DNA of 64,000 nt, from the NCBI GenBank assembly GCA_038327465.1, contig JBBQLB010000012.1, positions 5,550 to 69,549 of the forward strand, read 5' to 3'. The position numbers were made by a program, and so were the translations under genes. Shown one piece after another: positions 1 to 8,939 of the stretch (positions are counted from its first letter, which is position 1; every line of letters starts with the position of its first letter). The notes under the pieces were generated by a model, which was not told the origin of the DNA, made no database searches, and worked only from the letters and a program-made list of their open reading frames with translations. Origin of the DNA: Sphingomonadales bacterium (GTDB lineage: Bacteria; Pseudomonadota; Alphaproteobacteria; Sphingomonadales; Sphingomonadaceae).

Positions 1-102
1 CGTCCTCCCGCAGCGGTTTCCATCGGTATGGAAGCTGGCGCGCATAGCCGAGCGCGCGCACGCTTGCAATGTAGGAAATCGCGGTAGAAATGGTCAGGCG
101 CC

Positions 103-285
103 ATGGCCCGACCACTCACCCGCGCACAAGCACTCGAGAATGCCGCGTTTCTGAAGGCGCCGCGTCGGACCGGCAACATCCGCCTCGCCGCGCGCGAGAT
201 CGGCGTCAAATACGGCACGATCGAGCACCGTCGCCGCCGAAGTCCAATCTGCGATGAAAAATCCCAAAGGTCACACTTGCGTTAG
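103..285 (+). pseudogene. Probable truncated remnant of a small HTH-like hypothetical protein
   Basis: 60-aa ORF. The N-terminal part (FLKAPRRTGNIRLAAREIG...HRRRR) looks like an HTH-type hypothetical, then runs abruptly into AT-richer sequence and stops just before hscC. Confidence 0.35.
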
Positions 286-325
286 CTTCCCATTTACTAA
301 TAGCGGAGCTGACAGGGGAGTTTAG

Positions 326-2032
326 ATGATCATCGGAATCGACTTGGGCACCACCAACAGCGCGGTGGCAGTATGGCGCGATGGGCGTGCCGAACTGATT
401 CCGAATGCTCTCGGCGATATGCTTACGCCGTCGGCCGTGAGTATTGCCGAATCCGGTGAGGTGCTGGTCGGATCGGCCGCGCGTGACCGCCAATCAACGC
501 ATCCGCACGAAAGTGTCACCGCGTTCAAGCGCCGGATGGGGACGCAGCAGACCGTGAAGATTCACGGTTGTACCTATGCCGCCGATGATCTGTCTTCCTT
601 CGTGCTGCGCCGCTTGAAGGAGGATGCCGAATCGTATCTGGGCGAACCCGTAACAGGGGCGGTCGTTACCGTTCCGGCGTATTTCAACGAGCGCCAGCGT
701 CGCGCCACGCGCCGCGCCGGAGAATTGGCCGGTTTGAAGATCGAGCGGCTGCTGAACGAACCGACCGCCGCTGCTCTTGCATTTGGGGTGGCCGATCGGT
801 CGGAGCGTGAACCCTTTCTGGTGTTCGATCTGGGCGGCGGTACCTTCGACGTATCGATCGTAGAGGTGTTTGACGGGATCGTCGAAGTGCGCGCCTCGGC
901 TGGCGACAATCGGCTCGGCGGCGAGGATTTCAATGCGGCTCTGATTGATGTCGCCCGCCCGCGGATCGATCCGGAAGGCGCGCTTGCCGCTGCCGATCCC
1001 ATAATCCTGCAGGAGCTGTTGCGCGCGGCGGCCGAACGCACAAAGCGCGCTTTGTCGGACGCGCCCACCGCGCCGTTTTCGGTCACCTGGAATAACCGGA
1101 ATTTCACAGCGGAGATTTCATCCGCCGATTTCGATCGGTCGACCGAACCGTTGATCGAACGGCTACGGGATCCGGTGCTGCGATCGCTGCGGGACTCAGG
1201 GATTCGGGTTGAGACGCTGAGCGAAGTCGTATTGGTTGGCGGCGCGACGCGGACGCCGGCGGTGCGGCGGGCGATCACGCGCATGTTCGGGCGCTTTCCG
1301 AACACCGGGATTCACCCCGATCATGCGGTGGCGCTCGGCGCAGCGGTGCAAGCGGGCCTGCTGTCGCGCGACGCGGCACTGGAGGAAATCCGGTTGACCG
1401 ACGTGTGCCCCTTCACGCTCGGCGTCGATCATGCGGAGCGCGACGCACGCGGCGCCATGCATGGCGGGCTCTTTTCCCCGATCATCGACCGCAACACGGT
1501 GATCCCGGTCAGCCGCATCAACCGCTATACGACCGTCGTCGATAATCAGCGCATGGTCCAGTTCGGGATCTATCAAGGCGAGGCGCGCGAGGTATCCGGC
1601 AACGTGAAGCTCGGCGAAGTACAGGTCCCGGTGCCGCCGCGGCCGGCGGGTCATGTCGTCGTCGAATGCCGTTTCAGCTATGACACGAGTGGACTGTTGG
1701 AGGTCGACGTGCTTGTGCCCGAAACGGGCATTTTCAAAAATCTCGTGATTGCCGACGATGTCGACGCGCTGTCACCGGAAGCGTTGGAGGAGCGGCGGGC
1801 GGCGCTGGCGGCCCTCAAGCTTCACCCTAGGGAATTGAGTGAGAATGCCGCCGTGCTGGCGCGGGCGCGGCGCTGTTACGAATCCTTTCTGGGCGATGAG
1901 CGCCAGCAAATCGGGCAGGCGACGCTCGATTTTGAAGGCGCGCTCGAGAGCCAGCAGCCGCGCGCCATTCAGGCGGCACGCACGGAATTGACCGCAATGT
2001 TGAACGCTCTCGAGGGGGAGCGCTACATATGA
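326..2032 (+). CDS. hscC: Hsp70-family chaperone, HscC (Hsc62) type
   Basis: Motifs IGIDLGTTNS, FDLGGGTFDVS and VLVGGATRTP. Short HscC-like C-terminus (LHPRE...ARRCYE..LGDER.QIG...DFE.AL). Coupled to a J-domain gene. SD-like GGGGAG upstream. Confidence 0.9.
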   Translation: MIIGIDLGTTNSAVAVWRDGRAELIPNALGDMLTPSAVSIAESGEVLVGSAARDRQSTHPHESVTAFKRRMGTQQTVKIHGCTYAADDLSSFVLRRLKEDAESYLGEPVTGAVVTVPAYFNERQRRATRRAGELAGLKIERLLNEPTAAALAFGVADRSEREPFLVFDLGGGTFDVSIVEVFDGIVEVRASAGDNRLGGEDFNAALIDVARPRIDPEGALAAADPIILQELLRAAAERTKRALSDAPTAPFSVTWNNRNFTAEISSADFDRSTEPLIERLRDPVLRSLRDSGIRVETLSEVVLVGGATRTPAVRRAITRMFGRFPNTGIHPDHAVALGAAVQAGLLSRDAALEEIRLTDVCPFTLGVDHAERDARGAMHGGLFSPIIDRNTVIPVSRINRYTTVVDNQRMVQFGIYQGEAREVSGNVKLGEVQVPVPPRPAGHVVVECRFSYDTSGLLEVDVLVPETGIFKNLVIADDVDALSPEALEERRAALAALKLHPRELSENAAVLARARRCYESFLGDERQQIGQATLDFEGALESQQPRAIQAARTELTAMLNALEGERYI

Positions 2033-3615
2033 GCGCATTCACCGACCCGTGGGAAGCGCTGGGCATTGCGCCGACTCATGATCCCCGCGAAGTTCGGCGT
2101 GCTTATTCGAAGCTGCTCAAGGCGATCGACGTTGAGGCCGAACCGGAACGCTTCGTCGCGCTACGCGAAGCGTTCGAGCATGCTACCGCGCTGGCGAACA
2201 TGGCGGAGATTCCGCCTGCGCTCGAACCTGTCGCGGCGCTGACGCCGAGCCTGGACGATCGCTGGTCGGGCGCGGAGGAAGCGGACCCAGGGTCGGCCCG
2301 CTCGACGGTGCCGCCGCACGATGTGCAAGCGCCCGATCCTGTGCCGCACGAGCCGGAAGACCCGATCAACCTCCACGCTGCGGCGCTGGAACGATTGCTA
2401 CTGTCCCACCCCGACGACTGGATGCCCGCATCGCCCGAGGAAACCGAGGCCATGCTCGATCATTGGGCAGTAATCAGCGCCGATCCGCGGCTGGAGGAAC
2501 TGGGCTTTTACGCGCAAGCGGAAGCATGGGCCGCCGAGGTCGTCGCGCAGGGCTGCCCCTTTTCCGACCCGCTGGTGCCGATCGTTATCGAAAAATTCGG
2601 TTGGATTGCGAGTGCCGGGCAACTCGGTCAGTCGCCTGCTGTGCGCTATATTCTGGCGCGCCACGCGACCCTCGGGTTCCTGCGCGAAATCGAGCAAAAG
2701 AGCCACCCGCTGCACCGCGCGTGGAAGGAACTGACCACCGTCGCGACCGAGAAATCGCGACGCGGTTGGGGCACGCGCCGCAAAAGCGTCCTCGCGCTTT
2801 TGAAGCTCATCCGGGAAGAGCACCCAGACGCGGAACGCTATCTCGATAGCTGGCGTGTCGGCCTATGGGAAAACGCGCAGCCGAGCGTCGTTCCCTGGCA
2901 AGCCATGGCTTTCGGCCTCTTCATCTTGATCCAAGCGGCACGCATGTTCAGCGCGGGGACCCACGACACGCGACCGACTGCACCTGTCAATCTGGTTGCG
3001 GACGCCTTGACGGATCAGGCGCGGGACATTGATCGCGTCGTGAAGTTGGTGTCGCGCGATCATCTCGATGGAAAGCAAGTACAGGAGGGAAACTCTGCTT
3101 GGTATGGCGACATTGCGATTTTATGGAACAATCAAAAGCTCAACGGTGGTAATATCTGGGACTTGCAGGCGGAGTTGAGCGAGATGGTTTCGGCACGCTT
3201 CACGCGCGTGGTTGGAAAGGCGCCGTACGATCAAATAAAATCGTATCAGAAACTCGTGCTGCAATCGGGGTTATACTATAAAAATATTGGTTCGATTGAA
3301 TGTAAAGACTTCTTTACGAATGCAGGCAAGCCGCCGCCCGAGGAGCTGCGGACCCCTTTGCGCAATGCGGTGTACGACATACTGCTGCATACCGGCGAAG
3401 ACGTGGCGAAAAAGACCGGCGCATCCACATTCTCGGTTCCGGGAGACGTGATGGAAATGGGTGCCAAAAAGGCGCGGTTGAGCCGTGATGATTTCGGAAT
3501 GGCGCTCAACAAGCGCGGCTCGGCGCAGCAGCAATGCGATGCCAGAATCGCCTTATTGCAAGTTGCGATCGCGCTGCCGCCCAAGCGCGGCCTCAAGCTT
3601 TTGCGCGCCATGTAG
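2029..3615 (+). CDS. DjlB/DjlC-like J-domain protein with central TM helix and C-terminal extracytoplasmic domain
   Basis: N-terminus PWEALGI...EVRRAYSKLLKAIDVEAEPERFVALREAFE is J-domain-like, with DVE where HPD is expected. Hydrophobic segment near aa 287-307. ATGA overlap with the hscC stop. Confidence 0.75.
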   Translation: MSAFTDPWEALGIAPTHDPREVRRAYSKLLKAIDVEAEPERFVALREAFEHATALANMAEIPPALEPVAALTPSLDDRWSGAEEADPGSARSTVPPHDVQAPDPVPHEPEDPINLHAAALERLLLSHPDDWMPASPEETEAMLDHWAVISADPRLEELGFYAQAEAWAAEVVAQGCPFSDPLVPIVIEKFGWIASAGQLGQSPAVRYILARHATLGFLREIEQKSHPLHRAWKELTTVATEKSRRGWGTRRKSVLALLKLIREEHPDAERYLDSWRVGLWENAQPSVVPWQAMAFGLFILIQAARMFSAGTHDTRPTAPVNLVADALTDQARDIDRVVKLVSRDHLDGKQVQEGNSAWYGDIAILWNNQKLNGGNIWDLQAELSEMVSARFTRVVGKAPYDQIKSYQKLVLQSGLYYKNIGSIECKDFFTNAGKPPPEELRTPLRNAVYDILLHTGEDVAKKTGASTFSVPGDVMEMGAKKARLSRDDFGMALNKRGSAQQQCDARIALLQVAIALPPKRGLKLLRAM

Positions 3616-3690
3616 GGCGGCGCCTCTGCGGGTGCGGGGACGGTATTGAATTGGCCGGAGAGTGGGCGGCCCGCCGCGGCAAAGCCGCGT

Positions 3691-3720
3691 CGTCGGACGG
3701 CCTTTGGCCGCCGGCCGGCC
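3691..3720. repeat. Dispersed GC-rich repeat, copy 1 (CGTCGGACGGCC-TTT-GGCCGCCGGCCGGCC)
   Basis: Near-identical direct copy at 4693-4723. Confidence 0.7.
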
Positions 3721-3731
3721 GAGCGCCGTCT

Positions 3732-3755
3732 CAGGATTAGCTGACGCTAATCCTG
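3732..3755. terminator. Hairpin between convergent genes (possible terminator)
   Basis: Perfect 10-bp stem CAGGATTAGC-tgac-GCTAATCCTG; no clear U-tract. Confidence 0.4.
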
Positions 3756-3767
3756 TGCGGCTTTGCC

Positions 3768-4307
3768 TTACTTGCTGCGCTCGACTTGCTCAAATTCCAG
3801 CTCAACCGGCGTAGCCCGCCCAAAGATCGACACCGAAACCTTCACGCGGCTGCGGTCGAAATCCAGTTCCTCGACAATCCCGTTGAAGCTCGCGAACGGG
3901 CCGTCGAGTACCTTGACCGAATCGCCGATTTCGAAATCGACCTTGATCTTCTGCTTGGGCGCGGCGGCGGCGGCTTCGTCTTTGGTATTGAGCATCCGCG
4001 CGGCTTCCGCCTCGGGGATCGCTTGCGGCTTGCCGTTCGGGCCGAGGAAGCCGGTGACCTTGGGCGTGTTCTTGACGAGGTGATAGACGTCGTCGTTCAT
4101 GTTCAATTTGGCGAGGACGTAGCCGGGCATGAATTTGCGCTCGACCGAAATCTTCTTGCCGCGGCGCGCCTCGGTCACGGTTTCGGTCGGGACTTCGATC
4201 TGCTCGACAAGCTGGTCGAGGCCCATGCGGGTCGCCTCCGACATGATCGAATCGCGGACCTTGCCCTCGAAACCCGAATAAGCGTGGATGATGTACCAGC
4301 GTGCCAT
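3768..4307 (-). CDS. nusG: Transcription termination/antitermination factor NusG
   Basis: WYIIHAYSGFE, FMPGYVL and KOW motif GDSVKVLDGPF. Confidence 0.98.
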   Translation of the reverse strand: MARWYIIHAYSGFEGKVRDSIMSEATRMGLDQLVEQIEVPTETVTEARRGKKISVERKFMPGYVLAKLNMNDDVYHLVKNTPKVTGFLGPNGKPQAIPEAEAARMLNTKDEAAAAAPKQKIKVDFEIGDSVKVLDGPFASFNGIVEELDFDRSRVKVSVSIFGRATPVELEFEQVERSK

Positions 4308-4317
4308 GGTGTGTCTC

Positions 4318-4515
4318 TTACTTTGCGAGGCTGAGCAGCAGGGCGATGACCGCCTCGAAGCTGGTGTCGATCACGAAGAAGAACAGGCCGAGGATCGTCG
4401 TCATGATCACGACCATGATGCCCGTCGTCAGCGTCTCGCGCCGGGTCGGCCACACGACCTTCTTGGTCTCGGCCAGGACCTGCCGGTAAAATTCGATCGG
4501 GGTCGTCTTTGCCAC
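4318..4515 (-). CDS. secE: Preprotein translocase subunit SecE
   Basis: ETKKVVWPTRRET motif plus one TM helix; GTG start at 4515 (MAKTTPIEF); lies upstream of nusG. Confidence 0.95.
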   Translation of the reverse strand: MAKTTPIEFYRQVLAETKKVVWPTRRETLTTGIMVVIMTTILGLFFFVIDTSFEAVIALLLSLAK

Positions 4516-4692
4516 GGTGCTTGCACTCTTGTTGTAACTCAGGTTCCGGACATGGGCCCGCCGCCCGGACCTGCCAAGGCCCGATGACGAGAATTCCCGA
4601 TGTCGGAATGAAGATGTCCTATCAGGGGGCCGACACGGGAGCAAGGGGGGATGATTTGTGGGGTGGGGCCGTGATGGGAGTAAATCCCATCA

Positions 4693-4723
4693 CGTCGGAC
4701 GGCCCAAGGGCCGCCGGCCGGCC
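4693..4723. repeat. Dispersed GC-rich repeat, copy 2 (CGTCGGACGGCC-CAAG-GGCCGCCGGCCGGCC)
   Basis: Direct repeat of 3691-3720, preceded by hairpin CGTGATGGGA-gtaaa-TCCCATCACG. Confidence 0.7.
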
Positions 4724-4769
4724 TTGCGCGGCTGGCGATCAGCTTCGCTGATCGGCTGCGCGCGGCGGC

Positions 4770-4846
4770 TGGCAGGGGAGCTCGGACTCGAACCGAGGGC
4801 CTTCGGTTTTGGAGACCGACGCTCTAACCAACTGAGCTACACCCCT
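4770..4846 (-). tRNA. trpT: tRNA-Trp (CCA)
   Basis: Reverse complement AGGGGTGTAGCTCAGTTGGTTAGAGCGTCGGTCTCCAAAACCGAAGGCCCTCGGTTCGAGTCCGAGCTCCCCTGCCA: cloverleaf, CCA anticodon, encoded 3' CCA, classic position before secE-nusG. Confidence 0.97.
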
Positions 4847-4892
4847 ATCAGCGCCGCCATCTATCGCGTGGGCGCGGCGCCCGCAAGCGGCT

Positions 4893-7250
4893 TTACGCAG
4901 CCGCGCGGTCGCCCCAGTTGCGGTGGGCGAGGGTGCGCGCTTCGGCAACGGGCAACGGGCGGCCGAAATAATAGCCCTGCACTTTGGTACAGCCGAGATC
5001 CTGCACCATGCGGTGTTCGTCCTCGGTCTCGACCCCTTCGGCGGTGGTCGCCATGCCGAGGCTCTGCGCCAGCGCGACGACCGCGCGGATGATCGCGATC
5101 GCCTCGGGCACCTTTTTCGAGGCGCCGATGACGAAGCTGCGGTCGATCTTGATCGTCGAGAATTTGGTGCGGCTGAGATAGCCGAGCGAGGAATAGCCCG
5201 TACCGAAATCGTCGAGGCTGAGGCGGACGCCGAGCCCGAGGATACGCTCCAGCACCTTCACCGCGCCGGTGTCGTCGCGCATGAACACGCTTTCGGTGAC
5301 TTCGAGCTCGAGCCGACTGGCGGGCAGACCGCTATTGGCCAGCGCCGAGGCGACGATCGCGACGAAGCCGGGATTGTGCAATTGTTCGGGCGAAACGTTG
5401 ACCGCGACGCGCGTTTGGCCGGGCCAGGTCGCGGCCTCGGCACAGGCCGAGCGCAGCACCCATTCGCCGATCGGCGCGATCAGCCGCGCATCCTCGGCGA
5501 GCGGGATGAATTTTGCGGGCGAGATCGAGCCAAGCTCGGGATGCGTCCAGCGCACCAGCGCTTCGAACCCTTTCAGGCGTCCGGTGCCGGCATCGACCAC
5601 GGGCTGATAATGCACGTCGAGCTCGTCATTGCTGAGCGCCTTGCGCAGCGCCTGTTCGAGCACGCGGCGTTCCTCGGCCGCGACGTGCAATTGCGGTTCG
5701 TAGCAATGGTACATGCCGCCGCTCTGATCCTTCGAGCGATAGAGCGCGAGGTCGGCCGACCGGATCAGCATCTCGGCGGTCGCGCCATCGCGCGGGCCGA
5801 ACGCGACGCCGACACTCGCGCCGGTGTAGAGCGTGTGCTGATCGAGGTCATAGGGTTTGGCGAGCGTATCGACGATCGTCTGCGCGAGCCGCTCGACGCG
5901 CGCGCTGTCGCTCGCATCGCGCACGACCACCGCGAATTCGTCACCGCCCAAACGCCCGATCAGCTCATTCTCGGTCATCAGCGCGGCGAGCCGTTCGGAG
6001 ACGCGGCCAAGCAGCCGATCGCCGATCGGATGGCCGAGCGAATCATTGACCGCCTTGAAGCGATCGAGATCGATCATCATGAAGGCGCAGCGGCTGTTCC
6101 ATTTGGTCGCATCGGCCATCGCGCGCGCCAGCGTTTCGTTGATGTGCAGCCGGTTGGGCAGGCCGGTCAGCGTATCGAAGCGCGCCATCCGGTTGATCTT
6201 GTCGGCCGATGCGCGTTGCTCGGTCACATCCGATCCGACCCCGCGAAAGCCGATAAATGCGCCGCGCTCGTCGACCCGCGGGTTCGCCGCGATTTCGAAC
6301 CAGCGCTCGGTCTCGTCGATCCGCACCGGCAGCAGCACGTCGCGAAACGCCACACGCCCCTTCAGATGCTCGCCCAGCGTGCGCAGGCCCGCCGCGAAAT
6401 TCCCGGCTTCCCACGTCGGCCCGGCGAGCACTTCGAGCAGCGACTTGCCATTGATGCTGACGGGATCAAGCCCGACCGAATGCGCGAAACGCGGCGAGGC
6501 GCGCACCACGCGGCGCGCGGCATCGGTTTCCCACAGCCAATCGGCACTATGATCCTGCGCCTCGCGCAGTAGCAAGCTGACGGTCTCGTCGCGTTCGGCC
6601 AGCGCGATTTCGCCCGCGCGGATCACAACGAGCGCGCGCGCGCGGGTAAAGCAGCCGATCATCAGCAGGGACGTAAACAGCAGCACCGCCGCACTCAACA
6701 CCGGCCCGCCGACGAAGAACAGCATCGTCGCGATCGCCGCGCCGAGAATCCCGAGGAAACTGAGCGTCGCCAGCGGCAGCGCCGCCATCGCGACGGCCGA
6801 TGCGGTCATCAACACCGACAGCACGATCCACAGCCCGAGCGCGGTATTGGTATCGGCGGTAACGCCAAAGGCGAGCGGCGGCACCGACCAGATCGCCGCG
6901 AGCGCGATCCCCTCCAGCACCGTATCGCGCACATCGCCCAAGGACGCGCTGCTCGCGGCGCGGTGGCGCGCGGCGAGGCGACGGAAGGTAATCGTCAGCG
7001 CAACCGCCGCGACGACCGCACCCCAGCTCGCCATCATCCACAGCGGCGCGGCACGTTCGAGAATCAGCGTAACCAGCGCCGCCGCGACGACATTGGCCGC
7101 GAGCAGGAACACAGCAAGCTGGCTCCCGGCATGCAATTGCGCCGCGCGGATCGGCGCCCAATCGGTCGTATCCGCCGGATCGTACAGCCCGAGCAAAGCC
7201 CTGGTGTCGATCCGCGGCATGGCGAATTGGGAGGTCGGTTCGGTGCTCAC
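4893..7250 (-). CDS. Membrane-bound PAS-GGDEF-EAL diguanylate cyclase/phosphodiesterase
   Basis: Multiple N-terminal TM helices, PAS-like region (WLWETD), intact GGDEF, EAL and DDFGTGYSS motifs. Confidence 0.93.
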   Translation of the reverse strand: MSTEPTSQFAMPRIDTRALLGLYDPADTTDWAPIRAAQLHAGSQLAVFLLAANVVAAALVTLILERAAPLWMMASWGAVVAAVALTITFRRLAARHRAASSASLGDVRDTVLEGIALAAIWSVPPLAFGVTADTNTALGLWIVLSVLMTASAVAMAALPLATLSFLGILGAAIATMLFFVGGPVLSAAVLLFTSLLMIGCFTRARALVVIRAGEIALAERDETVSLLLREAQDHSADWLWETDAARRVVRASPRFAHSVGLDPVSINGKSLLEVLAGPTWEAGNFAAGLRTLGEHLKGRVAFRDVLLPVRIDETERWFEIAANPRVDERGAFIGFRGVGSDVTEQRASADKINRMARFDTLTGLPNRLHINETLARAMADATKWNSRCAFMMIDLDRFKAVNDSLGHPIGDRLLGRVSERLAALMTENELIGRLGGDEFAVVVRDASDSARVERLAQTIVDTLAKPYDLDQHTLYTGASVGVAFGPRDGATAEMLIRSADLALYRSKDQSGGMYHCYEPQLHVAAEERRVLEQALRKALSNDELDVHYQPVVDAGTGRLKGFEALVRWTHPELGSISPAKFIPLAEDARLIAPIGEWVLRSACAEAATWPGQTRVAVNVSPEQLHNPGFVAIVASALANSGLPASRLELEVTESVFMRDDTGAVKVLERILGLGVRLSLDDFGTGYSSLGYLSRTKFSTIKIDRSFVIGASKKVPEAIAIIRAVVALAQSLGMATTAEGVETEDEHRMVQDLGCTKVQGYYFGRPLPVAEARTLAHRNWGDRAAA

Positions 7251-7407
7251 GACTCCCGGTTTAGGGGAGAAGGGTTAGCGAGTGGTTATAGGGGGTGGGT
7301 GTCAATCGTCGTGGTTTTGGTCGGCATAACTGGCTGATTGCAAGATTTCGCGCGCTCACTCTGGACGCATTTCTGCACTGGCAATAGAATGCGGTGACGG
7401 GGGATGT

Positions 7408-7950
7408 ATGTGGAAATCTGTGTTAGTCGCTCTTATGGTAGGGACGCTGCATTGCGCCGCGCAAGCGCAGACACTGCCCGTTCCCGACCCTGCGACGATC
7501 ATCACGCCGGACCTTTCGGGATCCGCAGACCCGGCGGTCGTCAGCGAGGGTTGGAAATATTTCTTCTTCCAGCGCGACGGCGTCAGCTTTGAAGAAGCGC
7601 ACGCGGATTTCGCGGATTGCCACCGCTTCTTGCAGCCCAATGACTGGACGACGGTGAAGCTGAACCGCTTCGTCCCCTGGAACGGCACGCCCGGAAAGAA
7701 GTCCGAAAATCTGCCTAACCCGTACGGGCTGGTCGGCGCGCTGATTGGTGGGATGATCGAAGGTACGCTGGTGCGCCGCGATTATCAGGCCAAGATGCGG
7801 CGCTGCATGGAGCCGCGCGGATATACGCGTTACGGCGTCGCCGAGGAAATTTGGGAGCGCGTTTCCAAACTTCCGCTGGACCAATGGGTCGCGGTTCAGG
7901 CGAAGATCGCTTCCAGCCCTGCTTTCGGCGGAAAGGTGCCGGTCAAATGA
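7408..7950 (+). CDS. Secreted hypothetical protein
   Basis: Sec signal peptide (…AAQA/QTL), Gly-rich GLVGALIGG stretch, paired cysteines (ADCHR…RRCMEPRGY). Confidence 0.7.
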   Translation: MWKSVLVALMVGTLHCAAQAQTLPVPDPATIITPDLSGSADPAVVSEGWKYFFFQRDGVSFEEAHADFADCHRFLQPNDWTTVKLNRFVPWNGTPGKKSENLPNPYGLVGALIGGMIEGTLVRRDYQAKMRRCMEPRGYTRYGVAEEIWERVSKLPLDQWVAVQAKIASSPAFGGKVPVK

Positions 7951-8822
7951 GGAAGCTCGTGCTGGTCCTTAGCCTTGCCCTAGCCGCCTCGCCCGCCGCC
8001 TTTGCGAAAACGGCTGACGAGATGACAGAGATCCGCGGCGACAAGCCGGTCACGCTGCGAGCGGACCGTGCCTATTTCCTGTTCCGCGCCAGTGCCGGCG
8101 TCAGCCCGGTCTTCCTGCGCATTCCCACCGATGCCGAGATGCAAGCCTATGACGCGGCCAGGCGCGAAGCCTTCGCCAAAGCGGAGCCCGAGCTGATTCG
8201 CAAGCGCCAGAGCGCGATCGCGCGCAAGGGAGCCGCCGAAGCGGGCGGCCAGAAGTCCGACATCGCGATTCCGCCCGTGCCAACGCTCGACGAGTATAAC
8301 TTCGTCTATGACAAGGTGCGAAATGCCCAAACCATCAGGATGAGCCAGACGTTCGAAACCTCGGGAAAAGAAAAGGTGATGCTGATCGAGGCGCTGCCTG
8401 GCGAGTACGTCGTTTACGGGATTGGCTTCGGCGAGATCTTTCATACCTGCCTTTGCCTCGGAACGGTGTCATTCACACCAAAGCTCGGCCAGATCGCGGA
8501 TCTTGGCACGCTGTTCGTGGCGCCGGCGTCCGAGGCGTCGGACATACCGGAACTGGCAAGCGAGACCGGCTTCGGCCCAAGCATGAACGGGCACATCGTG
8601 ACCTGGTCCGTGGCAATCCGGCCCGCCACGGCATCGACTCCGGTGCCGTCGCTCCTCGCTGGCAAGCCGCTTGCGCCTGCAAACTATCGCGCGACTGGCA
8701 AATTCGTTGCTGGCTTCGCGTTCAACGTGAACCGCCTGGCACCAATCTCGGGCATTCTTGATTATGACAGTGGCAAGGTGCTCGACTTAGCGAATCATAC
8801 CGTCGTACCGAACCAATATTAG
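7947..8822 (+). CDS. Secreted hypothetical protein
   Basis: ATG at 7947 overlaps the upstream stop (ATGA); signal peptide MRKLVLVLSLALAASPAAFA; CxC motif (TCLCLG). Confidence 0.7.
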   Translation: MRKLVLVLSLALAASPAAFAKTADEMTEIRGDKPVTLRADRAYFLFRASAGVSPVFLRIPTDAEMQAYDAARREAFAKAEPELIRKRQSAIARKGAAEAGGQKSDIAIPPVPTLDEYNFVYDKVRNAQTIRMSQTFETSGKEKVMLIEALPGEYVVYGIGFGEIFHTCLCLGTVSFTPKLGQIADLGTLFVAPASEASDIPELASETGFGPSMNGHIVTWSVAIRPATASTPVPSLLAGKPLAPANYRATGKFVAGFAFNVNRLAPISGILDYDSGKVLDLANHTVVPNQY

Positions 8823-8939
8823 TGCCGACCGACCGTTGCGCTCTCAACATATCGCGATCGAAAGGGCAGACCAGATTTTTGTATGCGCGGGGTAGCCGTC
8901 TGCGACACCGTGCCGGAGCAATCCGGCACCGCCCCCCCC

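Noticed and set aside
1-102. Possible gene start on the minus strand at the window edge
   Set aside because: Only short open frames and an SD-like GGGAGG are visible; there is not enough sequence to call.
4770-4846. tRNA-Trp as an integration site for a genomic island
   Set aside because: No integrase and no duplicated tRNA 3' end seen; secE-nusG follow as usual.
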